This document shows, piece after piece, positions 18,429 through 26,190 of a stretch of 64,000 nt of DNA. A program made the translations under genes and the position numbers. Source of the DNA: an uncultured virus (IMG/VR IMGVR_UViG_2690315780_000001) (Duplodnaviria > Heunggongvirae > Uroviricota > Caudoviricetes); the IMG/VR virus record IMGVR_UViG_2690315780_000001, positions 1-64,000 of that record; one strand, written 5' to 3'. Below the pieces are notes generated by a model. That model searched no databases and had not been told where the DNA came from. It worked only from the letters and a program-made list of their open reading frames with translations. Each line of letters opens with the position of its first letter. The first letter of the stretch is position 1.

Positions 18429-20158
18429 ATACTCAATGGGTTAGAGAAAAAATCTTCAAGGTTGCCATCATCAACCTCACCTTCCGCAGCACCAATCGCC
18501 ATTGCTGATGCCACCACACCATCAATTCGACCGGTACTTTTTTTCTTGGCAAAGACGCGGTTATCTTTTTGGTCAGCCTCAAGCACAGCGGATGCAGCAT
18601 TCCATCTCAAACAAGGATTGGTGTGGATCTCAATCTTCTTGTCATCAATGAGCTGTTCAAACAGTTCGATAGAGTGTGGCATCCACAGCCCTGAATCTTT
18701 GGCTTTGTAATATCCTTGCCCATGCGGAGTTAAAGGAACCGTCACACCCGCTTCATCGAGTTTGGGTTCAAGGTATTTAATGCGATAAGGGTCAAAGGCA
18801 ATGGCTCTCATGCTGACGTGCATCGCCATTTCAGCAATGCGTTCTGCCACAAATTCATACCTCACCGCATTCCCTGGCGTGGTATGCATAAAACCTTGCC
18901 TTACCCATAAGTCGTAGGGCACTCGGTCGGTTTTTGCTCTATCCAATAAGGTGTCTTTGGGTGTCCAAAATTCGACATAAAGACGTTTGAGGCGAGGAAA
19001 ATACAGGGCTAATGCGGTTAAATCTTTGGTTCCTGATAAATCCAATCCGCCATAACACTCTTCACCTTGAAGATCATCGAAGGTGAACGTGTTTTCACAC
19101 TGCATCCATATTTCACTGTTAATCCACGGATTATCGGCATCTACCCACTGACAAAAATTGAGCCGACGCACAATGCTTTCTTTTGCGGGCATACCTCGGG
19201 CTTGTGTCACTTGCTCGCGTAAATAGCGATCAGAAAAGGTGTAGCCCAATGACGGATTGGCTTTCCCCCAGCAAGACTCATCCTTAAAGGGATCATCGCC
19301 CTCATCCAGTGAGCAAATATAGGAAAAGAAGCTGTCGTCTTCGATAGTGCCTTCGGCAACTTTTCGTCCGTATTCATGATAGTCATAACACACACTGGTT
19401 TTATCATGCCCACTATTGGTGATCATAAATATCAAGGCTTGTCGCCGACCTTTTGTGCCTGCTCGCATCATCTCAACGGCGGTATTATTTTTATGCTCAT
19501 GAATTTCATCTATCAGCGCACAATGGGGACGAGGCCCTGATTGCCCATCATCTGAGCTAATCGGGCGAAAGAATGAACTCGTTTTCAAATAAGCCAAGTT
19601 CCACTCTTTGCCTGTTCCGCCTGATTTGGTGATCCGCTGACTTAATGCGGGAGATTGATCAACCATCGCCACCGCATCACGAAACAAAATCATGGCTTGG
19701 TCTTTTTTCGTAGCTGCCGCATACACTTCAGCACGTGGTTCACTGTCGGCGACTAAACAATACAGCCCAACGCCACCCGCCATCGGGGATTTTCCTGAAC
19801 CTTTGCCTGATTCAACGTACACTATGCGAAATCGGCGTGTTCCATCAGTCATTTTCCAGCCAAAAATGGAGCCAATCACAAAGCATTGCCAAGGCAATAA
19901 AATAAACGGTTTGCCTTCATGTTCCCCGCCATTGAGCTTTAAGACTTTCGAGAAAAAGTCGATCACTCTTTTGACAGCCTCGACATCCCAGACTAATCCC
20001 CGTTGCTCGGCTTCATTTAAGTCTTTGAGATGACGTGCACATGCATGACGAATATCAGGCCCCGCTAAGATTTTGCCTTGATGCACGTCTTGCGCGTATT
20101 GCGTTGCGGGATCAACCGAAATATTGGTTGAGCGGATCTTCCTCTTCTTCTCCACCAT
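18425..20158 (-). CDS. Terminase large subunit
   Basis: ESGKGSGKS Walker A, LIDEIHEH Walker B, GGLDLS nuclease, RIDGVVA. Confidence 0.95.
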   Translation of the reverse strand: MVEKKRKIRSTNISVDPATQYAQDVHQGKILAGPDIRHACARHLKDLNEAEQRGLVWDVEAVKRVIDFFSKVLKLNGGEHEGKPFILLPWQCFVIGSIFGWKMTDGTRRFRIVYVESGKGSGKSPMAGGVGLYCLVADSEPRAEVYAAATKKDQAMILFRDAVAMVDQSPALSQRITKSGGTGKEWNLAYLKTSSFFRPISSDDGQSGPRPHCALIDEIHEHKNNTAVEMMRAGTKGRRQALIFMITNSGHDKTSVCYDYHEYGRKVAEGTIEDDSFFSYICSLDEGDDPFKDESCWGKANPSLGYTFSDRYLREQVTQARGMPAKESIVRRLNFCQWVDADNPWINSEIWMQCENTFTFDDLQGEECYGGLDLSGTKDLTALALYFPRLKRLYVEFWTPKDTLLDRAKTDRVPYDLWVRQGFMHTTPGNAVRYEFVAERIAEMAMHVSMRAIAFDPYRIKYLEPKLDEAGVTVPLTPHGQGYYKAKDSGLWMPHSIELFEQLIDDKKIEIHTNPCLRWNAASAVLEADQKDNRVFAKKKSTGRIDGVVASAMAIGAAEGEVDDGNLEDFFSNPLSM

Positions 20159-20580
20159 CCATCTTCACCTTCGAACGAGCGGCGGGGGTTAAACCAAACT
20201 CGACTAAATAACTTTTAAAAAGACCGTCTTTTTTATCCAACATGGCAACCGCTGGATTCGCTTTAATTAAAAAAATCCCCTAGTTGGGTTTTTGTGGTGT
20301 ATGTTCGACCTTCAATGGCAATGGTGTCTCGTAATTGAAGAATATCGACGTAGATATCACACAGCCGTTCTAATGCCAGCGTATCAGCCACAGTTAAAAC
20401 GCCCATCCCATCGAGTAATAAGGTTAATTTTGCCCACGCCATTTTCCCCCAATCCGTTAAATGTTCGGGTGGGCTTGGAATTTCACGTTTAGGTTGGGGT
20501 TCTTTATCGTTGAGTTTTCGTTTTCCCGGATTACCGGTGACCACCTTCAAGTGGGTCGGTTTCGGGCGTCTTCCTGCCAT
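20112..20580 (-). pseudogene. P27-family small terminase, frameshifted at a T7 run (20269-20275)
   Basis: MAGRRPKPTHLK N-terminus; removing one T restores IKANPAV...EFGLTPAARSKV...LNQYFG*. Confidence 0.85.
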
Positions 20581-20589
20581 CGGAACCTC

Positions 20590-20690
20590 CCAGAAAAAAA
20601 CTTTTCATTTCGCGGTTGTGCACACAAATGAGGGCGCTAGGTAATCAGGGCGAAAGTGTTTGAACTTTTACCCCGCCCCCACCCTGTATT
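20590..20690 (-). promoter_or_regulatory. Probable cos/packaging region of prophage 1
   Basis: Non-coding GC-rich patch (GGGGGCGGGGTAAAAGTT) between HNH and terS, the usual cos position in HK97-type phages; exact cut site not determined. Confidence 0.45.
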
Positions 20691-20698
20691 TCATGGTG

Positions 20699-21037
20699 TT
20701 ATTGACGCCAATGAGAATTGGGATCGAGTGGAATGCCATCTGCATTACAGCCAATGACTTTGCCACTCTTTTCGATACGTTGTTTGGTTGAGTTATGATG
20801 CAGTTCGCATAAGCTTTGGAAGTTATTTTTATCCCAGAATAAGGCTTGGGCTTTTGCGATACGTTCTTTATTGCCTGATTCAAGTGCTTCTTTAAGACGA
20901 TGCGGAGTAATGTGGTCAACCACTGTGGCAGCAGTAATGCGCCCTTGCTCTTGGCACATGACGCAAAGTGGATGTTCATTAAGAAACGCTAATCGCACCT
21001 TTGCCCAGCGACCACCATAGACATTGCGTTTTTTCAT
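20699..21037 (-). CDS. Terminase-associated HNH endonuclease
   Basis: PLCVMC...VVDHITPH...NFQSLCELHHN. Confidence 0.9.
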   Translation of the reverse strand: MKKRNVYGGRWAKVRLAFLNEHPLCVMCQEQGRITAATVVDHITPHRLKEALESGNKERIAKAQALFWDKNNFQSLCELHHNSTKQRIEKSGKVIGCNADGIPLDPNSHWRQ

Positions 21038-21199
21038 GGTTTGTCACTTATTATTAATCGTATTCATAATAAAAAATACTTTTTCAGTAGATTATTTAAT
21101 CGGTTCTATATGTTCTGCTATTTTATGATAGGAATAAAAAATATATTAATTTTATTTGTGTTTTATAATAAACATTCATATTTATTATTGGACAAACAT

Positions 21200-21568
21200 A
21201 TGACAACTATTGATTCAATTCACGAGGTTATTAAATTAGCTAATTTAATAAATTCTCAAAATGACGAGCGTGAAATATTAGCTAAAGTACTCACTCAATC
21301 TCCTGAAGAACTCAGCCTTTGGGAGTTTTTGAACTCACTATCTGACCACCATACTATCGTTATTCGCAATCTGATGTATGTTGGTGGGCTATTAAATACT
21401 ATGGATATGACATTTATGGATTATTACAACCACTTATCTACAAGTTTAGAGGCTAATAGGCGTAAAGCTATAGAAAAAATTTATGAAAAATATCCTTGTA
21501 TTCCTCAATATTTGACTAAAGCTATTGATTTTGCAAAAGATGCTAATATAGATATAAATTCTCTTTAG
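21200..21568 (+). CDS. Moron protein, DUF3775-like (122 aa)
   Basis: GGAC RBS before ATG 21200; FLNSLS...LMYVG...YEK..IPQYL pattern. Confidence 0.5.
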   Translation: MTTIDSIHEVIKLANLINSQNDEREILAKVLTQSPEELSLWEFLNSLSDHHTIVIRNLMYVGGLLNTMDMTFMDYYNHLSTSLEANRRKAIEKIYEKYPCIPQYLTKAIDFAKDANIDINSL

Positions 21569-21768
21569 AATAGAGACATTAATATAGCTATTTATTTCCA
21601 ACAACGTCCCACTATTTGGTGAGACGTTTCTGCTCAATTTTCTATATTATTGTGTTCTCTTTGGATATTTAATAAACAAAACGATATATTTACTGTCAGC
21701 TTCATTATAGACATATTTAAATGATTCTTTTATTTACATAACTATTTCAACTATTGTTACTAATTTCT

Positions 21769-22236
21769 CTATTTTCTCCTTAAACACTCCTGCTTTATAT
21801 AATCCTGTAACCCTTTAATCATATGCTCTGATTCTGCAATTCGCTCTCTGAGTAACCAATAATTTCGGATAACGGTGTCAGTAGGTCTGGCGGTGGTTGC
21901 AGAAGCCAAGCTGGTGGAGGGAGTGGTTTTGCTTTTTGGGCACTCGGCTTTGATATACACCCGCTCAGGATGATGCTCGCTAATATCACGCAAGCGACTA
22001 ATTTCATTCTTTGCACTGGCTAACTCCTGTGAGTGACGAATATCGAGTTGATTTAATCGCATTATGCGTACTTGATAGTCAGTGTTAATAGACTTCTGTT
22101 CTTCAAGAGCCACTGTCAGTTTTTTGTTGGTATCTATCAGTGAATTAATCCTGTTAGCTTGCCAGTTAATCACCCAATAACTACCCACAATGATGCCTAC
22201 CATCGCGATGGCGGCATAGAGTTTCCCGTATTTCAT
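21769..22236 (-). CDS. Rz: Rz inner-membrane spanin
   Basis: N-terminal TM, coiled coil, LRERI...GLQDYIKQEC. Confidence 0.9.
   Translation of the reverse strand: MKYGKLYAAIAMVGIIVGSYWVINWQANRINSLIDTNKKLTVALEEQKSINTDYQVRIMRLNQLDIRHSQELASAKNEISRLRDISEHHPERVYIKAECPKSKTTPSTSLASATTARPTDTVIRNYWLLRERIAESEHMIKGLQDYIKQECLRRK
21819..22007 (-). CDS. Rz1: Rz1 outer-membrane spanin lipoprotein nested in Rz
   Basis: MKLVACVILASIILSGC lipobox; PLPPPAWLLQPPPD. Confidence 0.85.
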   Translation of the reverse strand: MKLVACVILASIILSGCISKPSAQKAKPLPPPAWLLQPPPDLLTPLSEIIGYSESELQNQSI

Positions 22237-22238
22237 GA

Positions 22239-22397
22239 TTAGTACCGATGATATGAGAGTGCAATCTGACAGCGTTTTTCTAAACTCACTTGGTCTTTAG
22301 TACATGAGTTATCAATCAAGAGATAAATGCCACCAGCGACTGTAATGAGTAATGCAAGAATAAAGCCGATAATGATGATTAAAGGTTTCCATGACAT
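22239..22397 (-). CDS. 52-aa single-TM protein between endolysin and Rz
   Basis: MSWKPLIIIIGF...SCTKDQVSLEKRCQIALSYHRY; homologue at 62854-63012. Confidence 0.7.
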   Translation of the reverse strand: MSWKPLIIIIGFILALLITVAGGIYLLIDNSCTKDQVSLEKRCQIALSYHRY

Positions 22398-22849
22398 AGT
22401 GCTGACTCCGCCTCTCGACGACTGACAAGCCCTCGCCAAACCTTTCCACCCGCATAAACCCAACGTTTTATTTCTTCACAGGCACCCGCTCTATCACCAA
22501 CATTTAGTTTCTTAAGTAATGTTGAGCGAGCAAATGCGGTTGTGCCCACATTAAAAGCAAAGGAATATAAAGCGGCTTTGGTGTAGTCATCGAGTGGTAC
22601 TTTGATTAATGCATCGACTTGCTGTTGTGTCTTAATAAAATCGTTTTGTAATAACGCATCACATTCTTGTTGTGTGTATGTCTTACCTTGAATAATGTCT
22701 TTGCCTGTATGCCCATAACAAACTGTCAAAACACCTGCCACATCACGATAAGGCTCATAACGTACACCTTCAAAATGGGCTATTACTACTAACGCGATGG
22801 CTGTTGCTCCCGCCGTTGTTAGCGCAGCTATTTTCTGTTTGAGAGACAT
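22379..22849 (-). CDS. SAR endolysin (GH24, R21-like)
   Basis: Ala/Gly-rich N-terminal SAR; E-x8-D-x5-T triad (FEGVRYEPYRDVAGVLT). Confidence 0.93.
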   Translation of the reverse strand: MSLKQKIAALTTAGATAIALVVIAHFEGVRYEPYRDVAGVLTVCYGHTGKDIIQGKTYTQQECDALLQNDFIKTQQQVDALIKVPLDDYTKAALYSFAFNVGTTAFARSTLLKKLNVGDRAGACEEIKRWVYAGGKVWRGLVSRREAESALCHGNL

Positions 22850-23118
22850 TAAATATCCTTTGGCGCTTTCACCATTAATTCAGCAAGCCTTTTTAGGGTT
22901 TCAGTTGGGTTTTGTGGGTCAACATGACGAACAAGCTCTTCAAATAATTCAGTGCGTTTTCGTTGCTCTCGACGAGTCATAAAGTAAGTGGCTAAACCCA
23001 GAACCATGCTAAACGCCATACCGATAACAAATCCCCATTCATATAATGAGAGACTGGCAAAAAAGGCCGTTAAGCCTGCGGTTCCGTAAGTAACATTGGT
23101 TAATTTTTCCATACGCAT
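22849..23118 (-). CDS. Holin with a possible dual start (Met-Arg-Met)
   Basis: Hydrophobic segments and basic C-tail; stop overlaps the endolysin start; ATG CGT ATG after GGGGGTG. Confidence 0.8.
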   Translation of the reverse strand: MRMEKLTNVTYGTAGLTAFFASLSLYEWGFVIGMAFSMVLGLATYFMTRREQRKRTELFEELVRHVDPQNPTETLKRLAELMVKAPKDI

Positions 23119-23261
23119 AGTCACCCCCAGAGGAGTGTCCGTTGATGATTAGTGTGAGAAAGTTAAAAGTGATAAAAGAAGACTTAAATTAAACTAATAA
23201 TTTAGATTAATGTAACTAACGATCGTGATAATCAATAGCTTAATCATGATAAGGAGAATAA

Positions 23262-23714
23262 ATGAGTAATTATTCAAACTTATTTCAAATAATAAAAATG
23301 AGAGTATGCAGAAATAACAAAGAGTCAGATTCAATGCTCGATATGAGAAATGATCATAGAAGCAAGCAAGTGTGGCATAGAATTGAACAAATTTTTATCC
23401 TTGAATGTTTGTTAGATGAATACCGAAAGAAACATGGTTCTCTACACTCTCCTCTTGATGGTAAAAAAGCATTACATCATATGATATTAAATAAGACTAA
23501 TTGGCCTCTTAGTGAAATAAAGGCTCTGTCATTTAATGACTGTATCCTAATCATTACTGAGTATCTGAAGAAAGAAAATATACATCCTGATGCCCAAGAT
23601 TTTTTAAATCGTATGAATTTGCCAACTAACTCTTATCCTCTTGATGATTTTTCAGAAGAGGATTGGGCACCCAAGGAAAACGCGCCATTCCTTCAAAAGG
23701 ATAGTGAGATATAA
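23262..23714 (+). CDS. Phage-associated moron protein (ECs1072-like)
   Basis: AAGGAG RBS; LDGKKALHHMIL..TNWPLSEI motif. Confidence 0.6.
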   Translation: MSNYSNLFQIIKMRVCRNNKESDSMLDMRNDHRSKQVWHRIEQIFILECLLDEYRKKHGSLHSPLDGKKALHHMILNKTNWPLSEIKALSFNDCILIITEYLKKENIHPDAQDFLNRMNLPTNSYPLDDFSEEDWAPKENAPFLQKDSEI

Positions 23715-23883
23715 TCTCAAGTTCATTATCGATATCTTTAAGCTGCTCTAATAGAGCGGCTTTATCTTTTTGTAATTTATTATATCGAGCAATAAACAGT
23801 CTCTGTTGTGATAACCAATCTTCTAACTCCAACGTATTTAAACCCGGATTAACAAAATAAGGTGTATTATTTTCATTACTCAT
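23626..23883 (-). CDS. Hypothetical 85-aa coiled-coil protein
   Basis: GAGGG RBS; overlaps the convergent gene by 89 bp. Confidence 0.5.
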   Translation of the reverse strand: MSNENNTPYFVNPGLNTLELEDWLSQQRLFIARYNKLQKDKAALLEQLKDIDNELEIISHYPFEGMARFPWVPNPLLKNHQEDKS

Positions 23884-23928
23884 AACTACCCTCTTATATA
23901 TAAAATATCACACTAGATATTCAGCAAG

Positions 23929-24351
23929 TTAAACAGCTTTCGACACATTAAGTGCCTTTAATAAACCTTCAGGCAACTGCTCTTCCAGTGACGCATTAGA
24001 AACAATCACAAGACCGTACATGGATATCCATGTATTCGTTTGTTGTAAGTGCCCTTGAATAAATTGCTTCGCTTTCTCTAACAAATAAACACAACTCTCC
24101 TGTGTGTTTTTGCGCCAATAAGATTCAATCGCCACCAGCAATGGATCACCTGCATCATTAATCTTTTGTGTGCCGATTCGATATTGTTTTTTACCTGCGG
24201 GAGATGTTGTACAAATTAATTGTGTCAGTTGTTGAGTTTCACCATCAGCCGTATGGATATTCGCCGTTAAAATGGCAGAGGTATTCATTTCGCTGTCTGT
24301 TTCTGAGGCGTAGTGAAGACTAAACTGTAATTCACTTATCTCTTTTGACAT
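23929..24351 (-). CDS. Hypothetical protein
   Basis: 140-aa ORF; no recognised motif. Confidence 0.65.
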   Translation of the reverse strand: MSKEISELQFSLHYASETDSEMNTSAILTANIHTADGETQQLTQLICTTSPAGKKQYRIGTQKINDAGDPLLVAIESYWRKNTQESCVYLLEKAKQFIQGHLQQTNTWISMYGLVIVSNASLEEQLPEGLLKALNVSKAV

Positions 24352-24479
24352 AACATTTACCGATTTATTTAGTTAATAAGGTGCCGACTCACAGCTCTTG
24401 TGTGAACGGTATAAGTAGGTGTTGATTCTGTGGTCGGCGTAGACGGAAAGGCTACAAAGTAACCTTATTTAATTTAGGG

Positions 24480-24510
24480 TTGAATACATTAATGAGAATA
24501 ATTATCATTA
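24480..24510 (+). promoter_or_regulatory. Sigma70 promoter overlapped by a Fur box
   Basis: TTGAAT-N17-TATCAT; AATGAGAATAATTATCATT inverted repeat (24491-24509). Confidence 0.8.
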
Positions 24511-24515
24511 CATAT

Positions 24516-24620
24516 GTATCGAATTGACAGGTTTGATACGAATTAGTACGACATGACTTACATTGCTTCTTGCGTTTATTTTATATGCCGATATGACTCC
24601 TAGCGTATCGGCATTTTTTT
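24516..24620 (+). ncRNA. ryhB: RyhB-like iron-responsive small RNA
   Basis: 5' hairpin GTATCGAA..TTTGATAC; core AGTACGACATGACTTACATTGCTTC matches 21/25 nt of E. coli RyhB as recalled; terminator ATGCCGATA..TATCGGCAT plus T run. Confidence 0.8.
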
Positions 24621-24690
24621 ATTGTGTGTTGGGTTATCTTTTCATACTGGTAATTTAGATCCATCTGTTTAGATTCGGTCTAACACAACA

Positions 24691-24909
24691 ATGATTCAAG
24701 TCTATAACTCATTACTTCTCATGACTGTATCTGTTGATATTGATGGTAGCGATACTCTGAATAAAGCTCTGGAAAAGAAGTTCGGAAAGAATGCAAAGAT
24801 CGTGGCTAACCTGTTCACCGATTCTGAAAAGACAAAGCATACCTTCACCTTCCATCTGGGGAAAGGGACCGATTTATTTTCGACGGATGGTAGTCTCCAG
24901 CACGATTGA
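24691..24909 (+). CDS. Hypothetical 72-aa protein or gene remnant
   Basis: ORF only; weak RBS. Confidence 0.3.
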   Translation: MIQVYNSLLLMTVSVDIDGSDTLNKALEKKFGKNAKIVANLFTDSEKTKHTFTFHLGKGTDLFSTDGSLQHD

Positions 24910-25152
24910 CTCTTGGCGAAATAAATAAAACCAGACTACAAAACAGATCCTAAATTGAGCAAGGACTATAAATCAACGTTGTGATAGGGATATAAGAACT
25001 TTCTTTTTCAAAAGGTTAAAATATTCCTACATCTTGTTATTGATTCTTTGTTAATAGAATTTTGTATTTTCGCAGGCTAACGCTTCTAAGGTTTATTTAT
25101 GCTTGTGAACTGCTTCCCCACGAATTAAGTTCTGTATCTACGGAGAAAGCAA

Positions 25153-26190
25153 GTGGAACTAAATGATTTAAAAAAACGACTTCAACAACATCTGGCTGAT
25201 GGCCTAGTTCTAATTATTGGTTCAGGGTTATCTTGTGCAGAAGGGATCCCTGGGATGGGAAAACTCGGGGAGCATCTGCTCTCTCATGTCCCTGATAATC
25301 TTTCTCCTGATGACCTAAAACTATGGAATGAGATCAACCCCTCAATCGGAACTGATGGTTTAGAAGCAGCCTTACTTAAACGAGCCCCGACACCATCCCT
25401 CGAAGCGATCATTGTCAAATCTACTGGGAAATACATTTCAGCAGCCGAAGCCATTATTATCTCGGAAGTGTTTAAAAATGAGAGAACTCTTCGACTTACA
25501 ACGTTACTTCCTCATTTATTAAAACCAGATAAAGGCATACCTATTGTAACAACTAACTATGACCGCTTAGTTGAGCTTGCCTGTGAAGAAGCTGGCTTAG
25601 GAGTTGATACTATGTTCAACGGGCATTTTGCTGCTCGGCTAGAACCTCTTAATAGCCATTGGCTTTTTTGCCGTGGGGCAAAACTTGTTGGTAAGCATGT
25701 GCGATATAAATTCACACCAAAAGTGAACGTTTTCAAACCGCATGGCAGCTTAGACTGGTATCACCGTAAAGGTAACCCTGTGCGATATACCGGAGATCTC
25801 CCTCTTCCTCGTCTAATCATTACACCTGGCTTGAATAAGTTCAGGAGCGGCTACGATAGTCCCTTTGACAAACACAGGGAAAAAGCTAATGATGCAATCG
25901 ATAAAGCCAGCCGGTTCTTGATCATAGGCTATGGATTCAATGATGATCATTTGGAAACACACCTAACCCCTCGTATTCGGTCAGGAGTAAGAACTGTAAT
26001 TTTGACCCGTACACTTTCCGAAAAAGCTAAAGAAATAGCTAAGTTAAACAAGAATGTAATTGCAGCAGAGTTCCATAACGACGCAGGAACTGATGGTACG
26101 CACTTCATCATCGATGGAAATGAAATATTTTACCCTGATATTGATTACTGGGATCTTAAAGGATTCGTAGAAGGAGTTTTATCCGTATGA
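25153..26190 (+). CDS. SIR2-like NADase of a Sir2-HerA anti-phage system
   Basis: IIGSGLS, TTNYD, KPHGSL, IIGYGFNDDH. Confidence 0.92.
   Translation: MELNDLKKRLQQHLADGLVLIIGSGLSCAEGIPGMGKLGEHLLSHVPDNLSPDDLKLWNEINPSIGTDGLEAALLKRAPTPSLEAIIVKSTGKYISAAEAIIISEVFKNERTLRLTTLLPHLLKPDKGIPIVTTNYDRLVELACEEAGLGVDTMFNGHFAARLEPLNSHWLFCRGAKLVGKHVRYKFTPKVNVFKPHGSLDWYHRKGNPVRYTGDLPLPRLIITPGLNKFRSGYDSPFDKHREKANDAIDKASRFLIIGYGFNDDHLETHLTPRIRSGVRTVILTRTLSEKAKEIAKLNKNVIAAEFHNDAGTDGTHFIIDGNEIFYPDIDYWDLKGFVEGVLSV

Noticed and set aside
2772..20033. Many plus-strand and alternate-frame ORFs inside structural genes (e.g. 2772-3080, 5526-5876, 9181-9564, 13549-13938, 19692-20033)
   Set aside because: Shadows of well-supported minus-strand genes; no motifs
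20668..20979. 103-aa alternate-frame ORF over the HNH gene
   Set aside because: The HNH frame has the complete motifs; this frame has none
21041..21199. TTG-start N-terminal extension of the 21041-21568 ORF
   Set aside because: Low-complexity AT-rich sequence; an RBS precedes ATG 21200
22398..22463. Longer 74-aa version of the small lysis-cassette ORF
   Set aside because: GAGGCGGAG precedes ATG 22397, and the prophage 2 homologue starts at the equivalent Met
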